A stretch of DNA of 38,481 bases from Chthonomonas calidirosea (GTDB taxonomy: Bacteria > Armatimonadota > Fimbriimonadia > Fimbriimonadales > Fimbriimonadaceae), in assembly GCA_945859975.1 (NCBI GenBank), contig CAMAPH010000027.1, positions 1 through 38,481 on the forward strand, written 5' to 3'. Each line of letters starts with the position of its first letter. Within the stretch, counting starts at the first letter, position 1. Both the position numbers and the translations under genes were made by a program. Shown piece by piece: positions 1 to 10,903 of this stretch. The notes under the pieces were generated by a model that was not told the origin of the DNA, did not search any database, and worked only from the letters and a program-made list of their open reading frames with translations.

Positions 1-361
<361 letters not shown>

Positions 362-372
362 ATGGAACTAGT

Positions 373-402
373 ATTATTCCCATGTTTGGGGCTAAAAGTC
401 AA
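373..402 (-). promoter_or_regulatory. Putative sigma70 promoter of the tRNA (TTGACT-N18-AATAAT)
   Basis: On the minus strand the -35 TTGACT is at 402-397 (overlapping the AraC stop codon) and the -10 AATAAT is at 378-373, 11 nt before the tRNA 5' end. Confidence 0.5.
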
Positions 403-1322
403 GCCTCTTCGGTAGAACTTCCGCCGTCGTTGGTCGATCGAAGCTCGGATGGCACCAGGCCGAGATACTCTTTGATGCTTTCCCGAAGCCCTTGGGTCGT
501 GCCGAAACCAGCGATTTGCGCAACTTTGTCAACCGGCTTGTCTGAACTCACCAAAATCCGAACCGCTGATTCTGTTCGGCAGCGGTCCACGTATTCGTGG
601 AATCCGTATCCAACCAAGCCCTTGAAGACGCGGCTAAAGTGGAAGGGAGAGTAGCCGGCACGGTCTGCCGCATCGCGTAGCGGCCAAGGCCCCACTGGAT
701 TCTCTCGAACGGCTTGGACGAGTTCGCTCACCGTTTCTGGAAGGTCCGGCGGAGTTGCCGAAAGCTGTACCAAGTTCGGGCTCAGCATCAGGTGCGCAGA
801 AATCTCATAAACCACGCTGAGCACGTGCAGCTCGCTGCTATCCGACGGGCGCGCAATGGCGTCTTGAAGCCGATCAATAGATTTCAGGAAGAACGGAGAA
901 AACGGTCGGCAGGAAACGCTCCGTGCCAAATTGGGATCTGACTTTGCGGTTCGAGCGAGCCAGCTTTCAAGCACTGGCGTGGACTTCAGGTTCCAAGAGA
1001 TCACGGTTGCCTGGTGATCTCCGCGGGCGGCTTGGAGCAGAAGTTCAGAGGATCGCGCAAAAAGCACGCTTCGGGGCGGAATCAGTACCAACGGCCCGTG
1101 GGCGGTGTGCCGGGCGATAAGCGTGCCGTAATAGTTGAGCGCAACGGCAGCCATTCCCTCTGGAATGGTCAGGTGTCCGTTCGCCGTGCGTAGATTCGTG
1201 CCGCTATAGCTATCACATCGAATGTGCCCGTGGCCCTGAAATTCGGGTTTTCGGTTAAACGAGGCATGCGGGCCGCAATCAAAGCTGATTTCTAAATGAT
1301 TCTCAATTTCCTCTGATCGCAC
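399..1322 (-). CDS. AraC/XylS family transcriptional regulator
   Basis: C-terminal double HTH (LRDAADRAGYSPFHFSRVFK...VDKVAQIAGFGTTQGLRESIKEYLGLVPSELR). GTG start at 1322 after a G/A-rich SD-like run is preferred; ATG at 1364 is the alternative. Confidence 0.9.
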   Translation of the reverse strand: MRSEEIENHLEISFDCGPHASFNRKPEFQGHGHIRCDSYSGTNLRTANGHLTIPEGMAAVALNYYGTLIARHTAHGPLVLIPPRSVLFARSSELLLQAARGDHQATVISWNLKSTPVLESWLARTAKSDPNLARSVSCRPFSPFFLKSIDRLQDAIARPSDSSELHVLSVVYEISAHLMLSPNLVQLSATPPDLPETVSELVQAVRENPVGPWPLRDAADRAGYSPFHFSRVFKGLVGYGFHEYVDRCRTESAVRILVSSDKPVDKVAQIAGFGTTQGLRESIKEYLGLVPSELRSTNDGGSSTEEA

Positions 1323-1396
1323 CCCTTTTCCCCCGGTATGGAGTGTACAACGAATACACGCCATGTTGGTGACGAACCTCAGGTATCACCTTTGTC

Positions 1397-2428
1397 GTGT
1401 CAACAGGATTAAAGGTTGCGGTTCTCGGCGCAACAGGTGCGGTCGGCGGTGAATTTCTTCGACTGTTCGAACAGAGAAACTTTCCCGTCAGTGAATTGAG
1501 ACTTCTCGCAAGCGCGAGGTCGGCGGGCAAAACCGCAGATTTTCAGGGCGAGTCACTGCCTATTCACGCGGTTTCGGCCGATGCCTTTGAGGGCGTGGAT
1601 GTTGCCTTCTTCAGCGCGGGGGCGACTCGGTCCAAAGAATGGGCATCTGTCGCGACCTCCGCCGGGGCGGTTGTGATTGACAACTCGAGCGCGTTTCGAA
1701 TGGTGGATGATGTCCCTCTGGTTGTTCCCGAGATCAATGCGAATGCCATCACGGAATCGACGAAGTTGGTGGCAGTCCCAAATTGCACCGCAATCATTTT
1801 GTGCATGGCGCTCGCGCCCTTGCGAGCGCTGGGCTCAATTCAGCGCGTGATTGTAAGCACGTACCAGAGCGCAAGCGGGGGCGGAGCGGCAATGATGCAG
1901 TACCTGCTCGATGACACGAAGGCCTATTTGGACGGGGAAGAAGGCACTGACAATCGACCCGAGGGATTGCCTCCCTACGCCTTTAATGTTTTCAGCCACA
2001 ACACCCCTATCCTGGAGTCCGGAGCGAATGAGGAGGAAGCTAAAGTCATGGCGGAATCTCGGAAAATTTTGGGCGATGAATCCATCCGGTTCAACGTGAC
2101 TTGTGTTCGAGTGCCGGTTCTTCGGGCTCACTGCGAATCCGTTACGGTGGAGTTCGCCGAAGAAGCGCCAACCGTGGAAGCGGTTAGAGACGTGCTGACC
2201 GATGCGGCAGGCGTCCGGTTGGTGGATGTTCGTGAGGCGAACCGATTCCCGATGCCGCGCTTGGCCGGAGAGCAGAACGATGTCTTGGTCGGGAGAATTC
2301 GTCCGGATGTAAGCAACCCTAACGGCCTTTGCATGTTCATCGCGGCGGACCAGCTGTTGAAAGGCGCCGCGTTGAATGCCGTTCAAATTGCGGAATTAAT
2401 GCAAGATCGCGGTTATCTCCCAACCTAA
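1397..2428 (+). CDS. asd: Aspartate-semialdehyde dehydrogenase
   Basis: VAVLGATGAVG Rossmann motif, DNSSAFRM, VVPEIN, catalytic PNCT, STYQSASGGG, CVRVPV, D.LLKGAALNAVQIAE. Confidence 0.97.
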   Translation: MSTGLKVAVLGATGAVGGEFLRLFEQRNFPVSELRLLASARSAGKTADFQGESLPIHAVSADAFEGVDVAFFSAGATRSKEWASVATSAGAVVIDNSSAFRMVDDVPLVVPEINANAITESTKLVAVPNCTAIILCMALAPLRALGSIQRVIVSTYQSASGGGAAMMQYLLDDTKAYLDGEEGTDNRPEGLPPYAFNVFSHNTPILESGANEEEAKVMAESRKILGDESIRFNVTCVRVPVLRAHCESVTVEFAEEAPTVEAVRDVLTDAAGVRLVDVREANRFPMPRLAGEQNDVLVGRIRPDVSNPNGLCMFIAADQLLKGAALNAVQIAELMQDRGYLPT

Positions 2429-2507
2429 GCCCTAGTAAGTGTTGCTGGGATTTCGTTGGAAACGCGGGGGTGTCACACTTTTCTGCAGCAAAACCCAAAT
2501 TAGTGCC

Positions 2508-2550
2508 TAAAATGATCTGAGCCGCAGGCTATGCGGCTCAGATCATTTTA
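2508..2550. repeat. Perfect 19-bp inverted repeat (TAAAATGATCTGAGCCGCA-ggcta-TGCGGCTCAGATCATTTTA)
   Basis: Read directly from the sequence. It lies between asd and the SD of the DUF1800 gene and could be a terminator, an RNA-stabilising hairpin or an operator. Confidence 0.85.
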
Positions 2551-2570
2551 TTGGGAAGGGAGAGACGAAC

Positions 2571-4088
2571 ATGAGTCAAAACACTGCGGATGGCGCCTCG
2601 AGGCGCGCGTTTTTGCAAGCTGGGGCAGCGTCGATTGGTGCGCTCGCTTTGGCACAAACTTCGAAAGCCCAGGACTGGGCCGGCGGTCGAATTCAGCCTG
2701 GACCCATTGGCACCGAGCGGGGCATGGGGACCTACGGCCTTGTGAACCGAATAACGTACGGACTCACAAGAGAAGAGGCCGATCGCTTTGACAACATTGG
2801 CTACGCGGCATATCTCGAAGAGCAACTTAGCCCGCTCGAAATCGATGACTCGGAATGTGCCTCGCGGCTCCGACAATTCCAGTCGCTCGACATGACCCCG
2901 TACAACTGTTTGCGCGGCTTGGATGAAAGTATTGATCCAAGTTGGGAGTGCGTCCAGTCGCAGATCGTTCGGGCAATCTACTCAAAACGTCAGCTTCAAG
3001 AAATCATGGTCGAGTTTTGGCTTGACCACTTCAACGTCTACATCCACAACTCGGCGAGCGAGTTGATGCCGACGCACATCGCCACGATTCGCAAGTACTG
3101 CTTGGGTAGTTTCCACACGCTTCTCACTAATGTCGTGAAGCAGGTTCAGGTGATGTGGTACTTGGACAACCTCAACAATGTGAACGGCTTTACGAACCAG
3201 AACTTTGGTCGAGAGCTTTTGGAACTCCACACCCTTGGCGTGGACGGCGGATACACCCAGCGCGACGTTGAAACCGCTACCGCGGTCTTCACTGGATGGG
3301 GAATGGACGGCTACTACGAATGGCCTTGGGACCAAACGACCAACCGAAACTGGGGCAAGTTTAAGTTTTATGCGGACCGGCATGATACGAGTCAGCGCTA
3401 CTTTATGGGCGATCTGCCAGAACACCTGATCCCGGCCGGTGGCCAAGCTCAAGGCGACTTGCTATTGCAGCGATTGGCAACCCACCCATCAACGGCGTGG
3501 AACATCGCACGGAAATTGTGCCGAAAGTTCCTGTCCTACGAACCCAGCTACAACACGATCGAGGCGGCGGCCAATGCCTTCCTCTCTTCGAACGGCAACA
3601 TTCGAACGGTTCTGAACTACATCCTCCGAGACATCCGTTTGTCGAAGTGGTACAAGCCGAAGTTCAAGCGCCCGTATCACTTCACCATTTCATCACTCCG
3701 AGCAATGAAAGCGGAAATGACCGATTCGGAATCGATCATCTGGGAACTGCTCAACAACATGCGACAAGTGCCACTGCACTGGGCACCACCGAATGGATAC
3801 CCAGATGCGATGAACGTGTGGGTCGAGAACCTTCGGCCGCGCTGGTACATGTCGTTCCAAATGCCAATGAACTGGCTGTGGAACGCCCGGGTGGACGTTT
3901 ACGGATTGTTCAAAGATCGGACCCGAGACGGCGTCATTAGGGGAATCGAGCGAAACCTCTTTGGCGGCCCAATGAGCGCCGTTCGTCGAGAGCAGTTCCG
4001 TGGGGTTCTAAACAGCACCGCGACGAATACCCAGATTCGAGAAGCTTTTGGCTTGGCCCTTGCCTCGCCTGAGTTCCAGATGTATTGA
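2571..4088 (+). CDS. DUF1800 family protein with twin-arginine (Tat) signal
   Basis: SRRAFLQ Tat motif; family motifs LQEIMVEFWLDHFNV, MWYLDN, NQNFGRELLELHTLGVDGGYTQRDV, FTGW, LATHPSTA, PPNGYPD, LASPEFQ. Confidence 0.9.
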   Translation: MSQNTADGASRRAFLQAGAASIGALALAQTSKAQDWAGGRIQPGPIGTERGMGTYGLVNRITYGLTREEADRFDNIGYAAYLEEQLSPLEIDDSECASRLRQFQSLDMTPYNCLRGLDESIDPSWECVQSQIVRAIYSKRQLQEIMVEFWLDHFNVYIHNSASELMPTHIATIRKYCLGSFHTLLTNVVKQVQVMWYLDNLNNVNGFTNQNFGRELLELHTLGVDGGYTQRDVETATAVFTGWGMDGYYEWPWDQTTNRNWGKFKFYADRHDTSQRYFMGDLPEHLIPAGGQAQGDLLLQRLATHPSTAWNIARKLCRKFLSYEPSYNTIEAAANAFLSSNGNIRTVLNYILRDIRLSKWYKPKFKRPYHFTISSLRAMKAEMTDSESIIWELLNNMRQVPLHWAPPNGYPDAMNVWVENLRPRWYMSFQMPMNWLWNARVDVYGLFKDRTRDGVIRGIERNLFGGPMSAVRREQFRGVLNSTATNTQIREAFGLALASPEFQMY

Positions 4089-4098
4089 GGAGAGCAAA

Positions 4099-5448
4099 AT
4101 GCAACGAAAAGTTGGTTGTCAAGAGTACGAAAATCTTAGTCGTCGTGGCCTTATCGAAAAGATGGGTCGCCAAGCTCTCCAAGGACTTGCTCCCGCGTGG
4201 ATGCCGTCCGTCACTTTTGGAAGCGATTACCGCGGCAAGTTCGGCCCGGCAGATCGCGACGTTCTAATCTCGGTCTACCTTCGTGGTGGGTGCGATGGTC
4301 TGACGGTGTGCGTCCCTTACGGCGACCCGGCCTACTATCAGCACCGATCCTCGCTGGCTGTACCGCCACCAGACCAGACCACGAACGCAAACCGCGCCGT
4401 AGACCTAAATGGATTCTTCGGTCTACCCCCGGCGATGCAGCCACTTAAGGAGTTGTATGACCTTGGGCACTTCTTGGTCGTTCACGCAACCGGCCTTACG
4501 AACAATACGCGCTCGCACTTCGATGCTCAGCAGTTCATGGAAGCGGGTAAGGCAGACAAGAATCTCTGGACCGGTTGGCTCGGAAGACACCTAGCCAGCA
4601 TCGGGGAAATGAAAGAGGGGGCGTTGCTGCGTGCCGTAGGATTAAGCGGTACGTTGGCGCTCACTCTGGAAGGCGGCCCAAGAACAACGACGCTCGCAAA
4701 CATGGAAGACACTCGCTACGGTGGGCGGTCCGAATCTGAGGCGGCTCGTGTGAACTGGTTGCGCCAGGCATATGCCGCAGCTCAGCCGGGTCTGGCCGAA
4801 GCGGCAGATAACACGTTCAAGACAATTGACCTGTTGCGCAGTCTCAACTTCTCGAACTATCAACCCGCGGGCGGAGCTCAGTACAACCAGCCGATGCCAA
4901 ACGGCGGCGGAACCTACGGCTCAGCGAGCGACTTTGGCAACTCTTTGAGGGCGGCCGCGTCTCTCATTCGCGCCGATGTCGGGGTTGAGGCGGTGCACGT
5001 CGACTTTGGTGGATGGGATACCCACGAGTATCAAGCTCCATTTGAGTACTACGGTCCGATGTATATGGGCATGTACTCGCTCGCAACGAACTTGCGCGCG
5101 CTCTACACCGACTTGGAAGCTTCCGGATTTATGGGCAACGTGACGGTTGCCATCGTTTCGGAGTTCGGTCGAACTGTCCAACAGAACGGAAACTACGGTA
5201 CCGATCACGGCCACGGTAACGTGATGATGCTTCTCGGAAAGAACGTAAATGGCGGACAGGTGCTTGGCACTTGGCCGGGACTGGCGTCCGAGCTCCTGCA
5301 CGAGCACAACGCTCTGGCCATAACGACGGACTACCGCGACATCATTGCGGAAGTTGTTCAGAAGCGACTTAAGAACACGAACTTGAGTGCCGTCTTCCCA
5401 GATTCCGGCTACACGCCAACCTTCCGTAACGCTGTCCGCGCAGCATAA
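4099..5448 (+). CDS. DUF1501 family protein (alkaline-phosphatase-clan-like), Tat-like N-terminus
   Basis: SD GAGGAG precedes ATG 4099. Motifs LSRRGLI, YLRGGCDGL, RSHFDAQ, GWLGR, GWDTH, SEFGRT, GTDHG, DYRD. DUF1501 is the usual partner of DUF1800. Confidence 0.9.
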   Translation: MQRKVGCQEYENLSRRGLIEKMGRQALQGLAPAWMPSVTFGSDYRGKFGPADRDVLISVYLRGGCDGLTVCVPYGDPAYYQHRSSLAVPPPDQTTNANRAVDLNGFFGLPPAMQPLKELYDLGHFLVVHATGLTNNTRSHFDAQQFMEAGKADKNLWTGWLGRHLASIGEMKEGALLRAVGLSGTLALTLEGGPRTTTLANMEDTRYGGRSESEAARVNWLRQAYAAAQPGLAEAADNTFKTIDLLRSLNFSNYQPAGGAQYNQPMPNGGGTYGSASDFGNSLRAAASLIRADVGVEAVHVDFGGWDTHEYQAPFEYYGPMYMGMYSLATNLRALYTDLEASGFMGNVTVAIVSEFGRTVQQNGNYGTDHGHGNVMMLLGKNVNGGQVLGTWPGLASELLHEHNALAITTDYRDIIAEVVQKRLKNTNLSAVFPDSGYTPTFRNAVRAA

Positions 5449-5450
5449 AC

Positions 5451-5491
5451 AAAAAGAGCCCAGCCCCGAATATTCAGGGCTGGGCTCTTTT
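5451..5491. terminator. Bidirectional intrinsic terminator
   Basis: AAAAAGAGCCCAGCCC-loop-GGGCTGGGCTCTTTT between the convergent DUF1501 gene and ahcY, with A/T tracts on both sides. Confidence 0.9.
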
Positions 5492-5501
5492 GTACGTTCG
5501 A

Positions 5502-6794
<1,293 letters not shown>

Positions 6795-6819
6795 CTAAAA
6801 CGCCCGGCACAGGTTCAAT

Positions 6820-7848
6820 TCAGTTTTGGGAAGTAGCGCCCGCTGCGGCGCTTGTGGAGGCTCGGACAATGAGCCGGGCCGAGAAAGTTTGATTTTGGAC
6901 GGGCAGCCCGGAGACCAGAGCGGAAAGTGTGAGCACGGCAGCTCGCCCCATTTCTTCTAATGGCTGGCACATGGTCGTGATCGGCGGATGGACAGAAGCC
7001 GCAATTGGGGAATCGTCAAACCCGATAACACTGACTTGGTCCGGAACCTCAATCTTGAGTTCGGCCGCGGCACGAACGAAACCAACCGCCATCTCGTCGT
7101 TGCAACATACGACCGCGGTGGGTCGGTTCTTTTGAGACAGGAGTTCGTGGGCTGCGCTGTAACCGCCCGCGGGGGTGAAGTGGCCGTTCTTCAGCCACTC
7201 TTGCCGAATCGGGAGTTGCGCCGCAGTCATGAAGTCGATGAACGCGCGATGACGCTGGACGCCGTCGTCAAGATCGAACTTGCCGTAGAGCATGCCGATG
7301 CTCCGATGGCCCAAATCGACCAGATGTTGGAGCGCGTCGTGAATGCCCGTTCCGTTATCGCAGTTGATCGCTGGCACCGAGGTTGGCGACCAACAGTTCG
7401 TCATCACGTGCGGCACCTTTGCAAGCTCCGGGTGGGCGAATATTTCCGTGTCCTTTGGAGGAGCTAAGAAAATGAGGCCGTCAACGCGTCCGTCCAGGAC
7501 ATTATCGAGAAAGCGATCTTCATTTCCATCGCCGAACCCAGTAAAGATCAGCACGTCGTGCTTCACTTCCTCGGCGGCCGAGAGAATTCCGTTGAGGACG
7601 ACTTGGAAATATGGACCTACGGCAGCAAGAATTGAGGTCCCGGGCGGAACAATCCCAAAGGTGCTCGTTTTTCCGGTGACCATCGACTTTGCGAGCCGAT
7701 TGGGGCGGTATCCGAGTTCAGTCGCGGTGGCGAGTACTCGCTGCCTTACTTCATCAGGAACGTTTCTCGGTCCGCTGTTAAGAGCGTAACTCACGGTGCT
7801 GGTGCTGATCTTCAGCGCTCGTGCAATGTCCTTTATCGTGGCCGCCAT
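6820..7848 (-). CDS. LacI family transcriptional regulator
   Basis: Start at MAATIKDIARALKISTSTVSYALN (LacI HTH), then LGYRPN, and a periplasmic-binding-protein-like core (PTAVVCCNDEMA, VSVIGFDD, PPITT). The ORF-track extension to 8274 is not credible. Confidence 0.95.
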   Translation of the reverse strand: MAATIKDIARALKISTSTVSYALNSGPRNVPDEVRQRVLATATELGYRPNRLAKSMVTGKTSTFGIVPPGTSILAAVGPYFQVVLNGILSAAEEVKHDVLIFTGFGDGNEDRFLDNVLDGRVDGLIFLAPPKDTEIFAHPELAKVPHVMTNCWSPTSVPAINCDNGTGIHDALQHLVDLGHRSIGMLYGKFDLDDGVQRHRAFIDFMTAAQLPIRQEWLKNGHFTPAGGYSAAHELLSQKNRPTAVVCCNDEMAVGFVRAAAELKIEVPDQVSVIGFDDSPIAASVHPPITTMCQPLEEMGRAAVLTLSALVSGLPVQNQTFSARLIVRASTSAAAGATSQN

Positions 7849-7868
7849 TGGAAAAGATGAAACAATTC

Positions 7869-7910
7869 GCGAACCGCTTCGCAATCGATAGTACGCGAAA
7901 CAGGTTTTGC
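7869..7910. promoter_or_regulatory. Two candidate LacI-family operators (GCGAACCGCTTCGC at 7869-7882; GCGAAACAGGTTTTGC at 7895-7910)
   Basis: The first is a near-palindrome GCGAA-cCGc-TTCGC with the central CG typical of LacI/GalR operators. The second is a degenerate copy. Both lie just upstream of the LacI gene. Confidence 0.6.
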
Positions 7911-8068
7911 AGATGAGCGGAAACGAGGAAAAGTCTGCTTGTGTGCGGAGGATCGTCCGAGCGCATTCGGCGACAAGTCGGAAGCTTAAATCCATCATAT
8001 CGCTGACAAGTGACAGTAAGAAGTGCGGGCGGATAAGAACGCGTCGATGGTCTCGGTCATAATTTCCT

Positions 8069-9547
8069 ATGCCCACGTTTAGAGAAGGCCTCAGCTTTGA
8101 TGACATTTTGCTCATCCCAAAAAAGACCGAGGTGCTTCCTAGCGACGTAGACCTTTCCACCGAATTCCTGCCATCCATTAGGCTTCGAGTGCCTATCGTT
8201 TCGGCGCCAATGGATACGGTTACGGATGCGAGGCTTGCGATTGCCATCGCACGAGAAGGCGGCGTTGGGGTCATTCACCGAAACATGACCATCGACCAGC
8301 AGACGGAGCAGGTCGACCGTGTGAAACGCTCCGAAAGCGGAGTCATCACCAAGCCGTTTAAGCTTGGCCCTGAGGCGTCCATCCAAGATGCGGTGAGCCT
8401 GATGGAGAGATTCCATATTTCCGGTGTCCCCATCATCGACGAAGACGGCACCTTGGTTGGAATCTTGACCAACCGAGACATTCGGTTTGAAACGGATTAC
8501 ACGGCTTCAATCCGTTCTCGCATGACCAGCGAAAACCTGATTACCGCACCGGTGGGTACCGATCTTGCGGCCGCTCAAGAGATGCTGGCAAAGCATCGAA
8601 TCGAGAAGCTTCCGCTGGTCGACGACAATTTTAAGTTGCGCGGCCTCATCACGATCAAGGACATCCTGAAGGTTCAACGTCACCCGTTGGCTACGAAAGA
8701 TCAGAAGGGGCGACTCGTTGTTGGCGCGGCGATCGGTGCGCTTCGAGAGCCATTTGAGAGAGCCAAGGCTCTTCACGATGCAGGTGCGGACTTCATCGTC
8801 ATCGACGCGGCGCACGGCCACTCGAAGGGCGTTATGGACTGCCTGAAGATGCTGAAGGACAAACTCCCTGACCTTAAGGTGGTTGCCGGCAACGTCGCCA
8901 CGAAGGAGTCGGTCCGAGACTTGGTCGCGATTGGTGCCGATGCGCTCCGCGTCGGAATCGGCGCAGGTTCGATTTGTACAACGCGAGTTGTTGCCGGCGT
9001 TGGTGTGCCGCAGTTTTCGGCGGTGTTGGACTGCTGCGAAGCGGCGAATGAGCTTGGCATCCCAACGATCGCAGACGGCGGAATCCGATCATCGGGTGAC
9101 GTGGTTAAGAGCATGGCCGCCGGCGCCAGTTGTGTGATGATGGGCAACATGTTTGCCGGTACGGAAGAGAGTCCTGGCGAGATCGAAATTTATCGAAACC
9201 GCGCCTACAAGGTTTATCGAGGCATGGGCTCCGTCGGCGCGATGCGGCAGGGAAGCAGCGACCGGTACATGCAAGTGAAAGAGAAGGGCGGCGTCCTAGT
9301 GCCGGAAGGCGTCGAGGGCCGAGTCCCGTTCAAGGGCTCGCTTGCCGACACGATGAATCAGCTGATCGGCGGTCTTCGCTCCGGGATGGGCTACGTCGGA
9401 GCGAGCACGTTGAGTGAACTTCGAGAGAACGCCGAGTTCCTGAAAATCACCAATGCTGGTCTTCGAGAGAGTCATCCGCATGACGTGATGATTACGAAGG
9501 AGCCACCCAACTACAGTTCTCCGTACGCCGACAGCGACAACGACTGA
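8069..9547 (+). CDS. guaB: Inosine-5'-monophosphate dehydrogenase (with CBS domains)
   Basis: [27 protein letters not shown] pair, [11 protein letters not shown] (catalytic Cys), [28 protein letters not shown]. Confidence 0.98.
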   Translation: MPTFREGLSFDDILLIPKKTEVLPSDVDLSTEFLPSIRLRVPIVSAPMDTVTDARLAIAIAREGGVGVIHRNMTIDQQTEQVDRVKRSESGVITKPFKLGPEASIQDAVSLMERFHISGVPIIDEDGTLVGILTNRDIRFETDYTASIRSRMTSENLITAPVGTDLAAAQEMLAKHRIEKLPLVDDNFKLRGLITIKDILKVQRHPLATKDQKGRLVVGAAIGALREPFERAKALHDAGADFIVIDAAHGHSKGVMDCLKMLKDKLPDLKVVAGNVATKESVRDLVAIGADALRVGIGAGSICTTRVVAGVGVPQFSAVLDCCEAANELGIPTIADGGIRSSGDVVKSMAAGASCVMMGNMFAGTEESPGEIEIYRNRAYKVYRGMGSVGAMRQGSSDRYMQVKEKGGVLVPEGVEGRVPFKGSLADTMNQLIGGLRSGMGYVGASTLSELRENAEFLKITNAGLRESHPHDVMITKEPPNYSSPYADSDND

Positions 9548-9598
9548 TTTTTTTCTCGGCTTCCGGCCAAACTAAGGGCTCGTTCAGGAGCAACAACG

Positions 9599-10759
9599 AT
9601 GTCGGGAAAGAAAACAGTCAACGTCGGTTTAATCGGTTATCAGTTCATGGGGAAGGCGCACTCAAATGCCTACCGACAGGTCAATAACTTCTTCCCAGAT
9701 TTGCCGGTGGAGGTTCATATGCACACGATCTGCGGCCGAAATGAGGCCAAGGTTAAGGAAGCCGCCCACCAGTACGGCTGGAAGCACGTCGAGACCGATT
9801 GGCGAAAAGTCATCGCGAACCCGGATATCGATGTGATCGATATCTCGACGCCGGGCAATTTGCACGCCGAAATCGCAATCGCGGCGGCAGCCGCCGGAAA
9901 GGCCGTTTTCTGCGAAAAGCCGATTGGCAACACCTTGCCAGAGGCAAAGGCAATGCTGGAAGCGGTGATGGAGCACACCGTGCCCCATGCCGTTTTCCAC
10001 AACTACCGGAAGGCGCCGGCTGTCGGCCTTGCCAAGCAGATGATCGAAGCGGGCGAACTCGGCACGATTTACCATTGGCGAGCGACCTACCTGCAGGACT
10101 GGATCGCCGATCCAAACTTCCCGCTGGTCTGGCGGTTGCAGAAAGAGATCGCCGGCAGCGGAACGCACGGCGACATCAACGCGCACATCATCGACATGGC
10201 TCGACACTTGGTTGGCGAGATCGACGAGGTTTGCGGCTTGTTGCATACGTTCGTGAAGCAGCGACCGATCGCGGGCGAAATTGATGCCTCCCTCGGTGCG
10301 AAGGCTACGGCGGAGATGGGCGATGTTACGGTGGATGACGCGGCGATGTTCTTGGCCAAGTTTAAGAACGGCGCTCTTGGAACCTTCGAAGCCAGCCGAT
10401 TTGCGGTGGGTCGAAAGAACTATCACCGATGGGAGATTAATGGCTCCAAGGGCTCGATTGTTTTCAACCTCGAGCGCATGAACGAACTGGAGTATTACAA
10501 CGAAGGTGCAGCCGATGGACGTAAGGGCTTTACCGTCATCCAGGCTACCGAAAGCGTTCACCCATGGGCAGGACAGTACTGGCCAGTGGCCCACATTCTC
10601 GGTTACGAGCACACATTTGTGAACCTGTTGGCGGATGCTTTCGCGGCGATGGCCGATGGTCGCCCGATCAGTCCGAACTTTGTGGATGGCTACGAAAATC
10701 AGCGCGTTTTGGATGCGGTAGAGCGATCCAGCGAGACTCGCTCCTGGGTTCAACTCTGA
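9599..10759 (+). CDS. Gfo/Idh/MocA family NAD(P)-dependent oxidoreductase
   Basis: VGLIGYQFMGKAH, DISTPGNLH, FCEKP, YLQDW, GSGTHGDINAHIID, TVDD; SD AGGAG. Confidence 0.93.
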   Translation: MSGKKTVNVGLIGYQFMGKAHSNAYRQVNNFFPDLPVEVHMHTICGRNEAKVKEAAHQYGWKHVETDWRKVIANPDIDVIDISTPGNLHAEIAIAAAAAGKAVFCEKPIGNTLPEAKAMLEAVMEHTVPHAVFHNYRKAPAVGLAKQMIEAGELGTIYHWRATYLQDWIADPNFPLVWRLQKEIAGSGTHGDINAHIIDMARHLVGEIDEVCGLLHTFVKQRPIAGEIDASLGAKATAEMGDVTVDDAAMFLAKFKNGALGTFEASRFAVGRKNYHRWEINGSKGSIVFNLERMNELEYYNEGAADGRKGFTVIQATESVHPWAGQYWPVAHILGYEHTFVNLLADAFAAMADGRPISPNFVDGYENQRVLDAVERSSETRSWVQL

Positions 10760-10784
10760 AAAAATCCTAGAAACATCACGGATG

Positions 10785-10810
10785 CGGGCCAAGTTGCGAA
10801 ACTTGGCCCG
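10785..10810. terminator. Perfect 11-bp hairpin with GCGA (GNRA) tetraloop; possible terminator or stabiliser
   Basis: CGGGCCAAGTT-GCGA-AACTTGGCCCG downstream of the oxidoreductase. No immediate U-tract. Confidence 0.5.
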
Positions 10811-10903
10811 GGAATGCACGTCATTTCTTTCGGGGAATCACTCTTTTAGGGAATTAATGGCTCAGGAAAAGCCATACTAAGACTGGGTGGATTGCATCTA
10901 AAA

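Noticed and set aside
7911..8068. Purine riboswitch or small RNA upstream of guaB
   Set aside because: Only short hairpins are visible, and the conserved purine-aptamer joining sequences are not seen. An Rfam scan would be needed to exclude it fully.
7849..8274. 142-aa N-terminal extension of the LacI ORF
   Set aside because: It overlaps guaB antisense and the intergenic regulatory region; the HTH begins at ATG 7848.
9662..10819. 385-aa antisense ORF
   Set aside because: It is a shadow of the Gfo/Idh/MocA gene, typical of GC-rich coding sequence, with no recognisable motifs.
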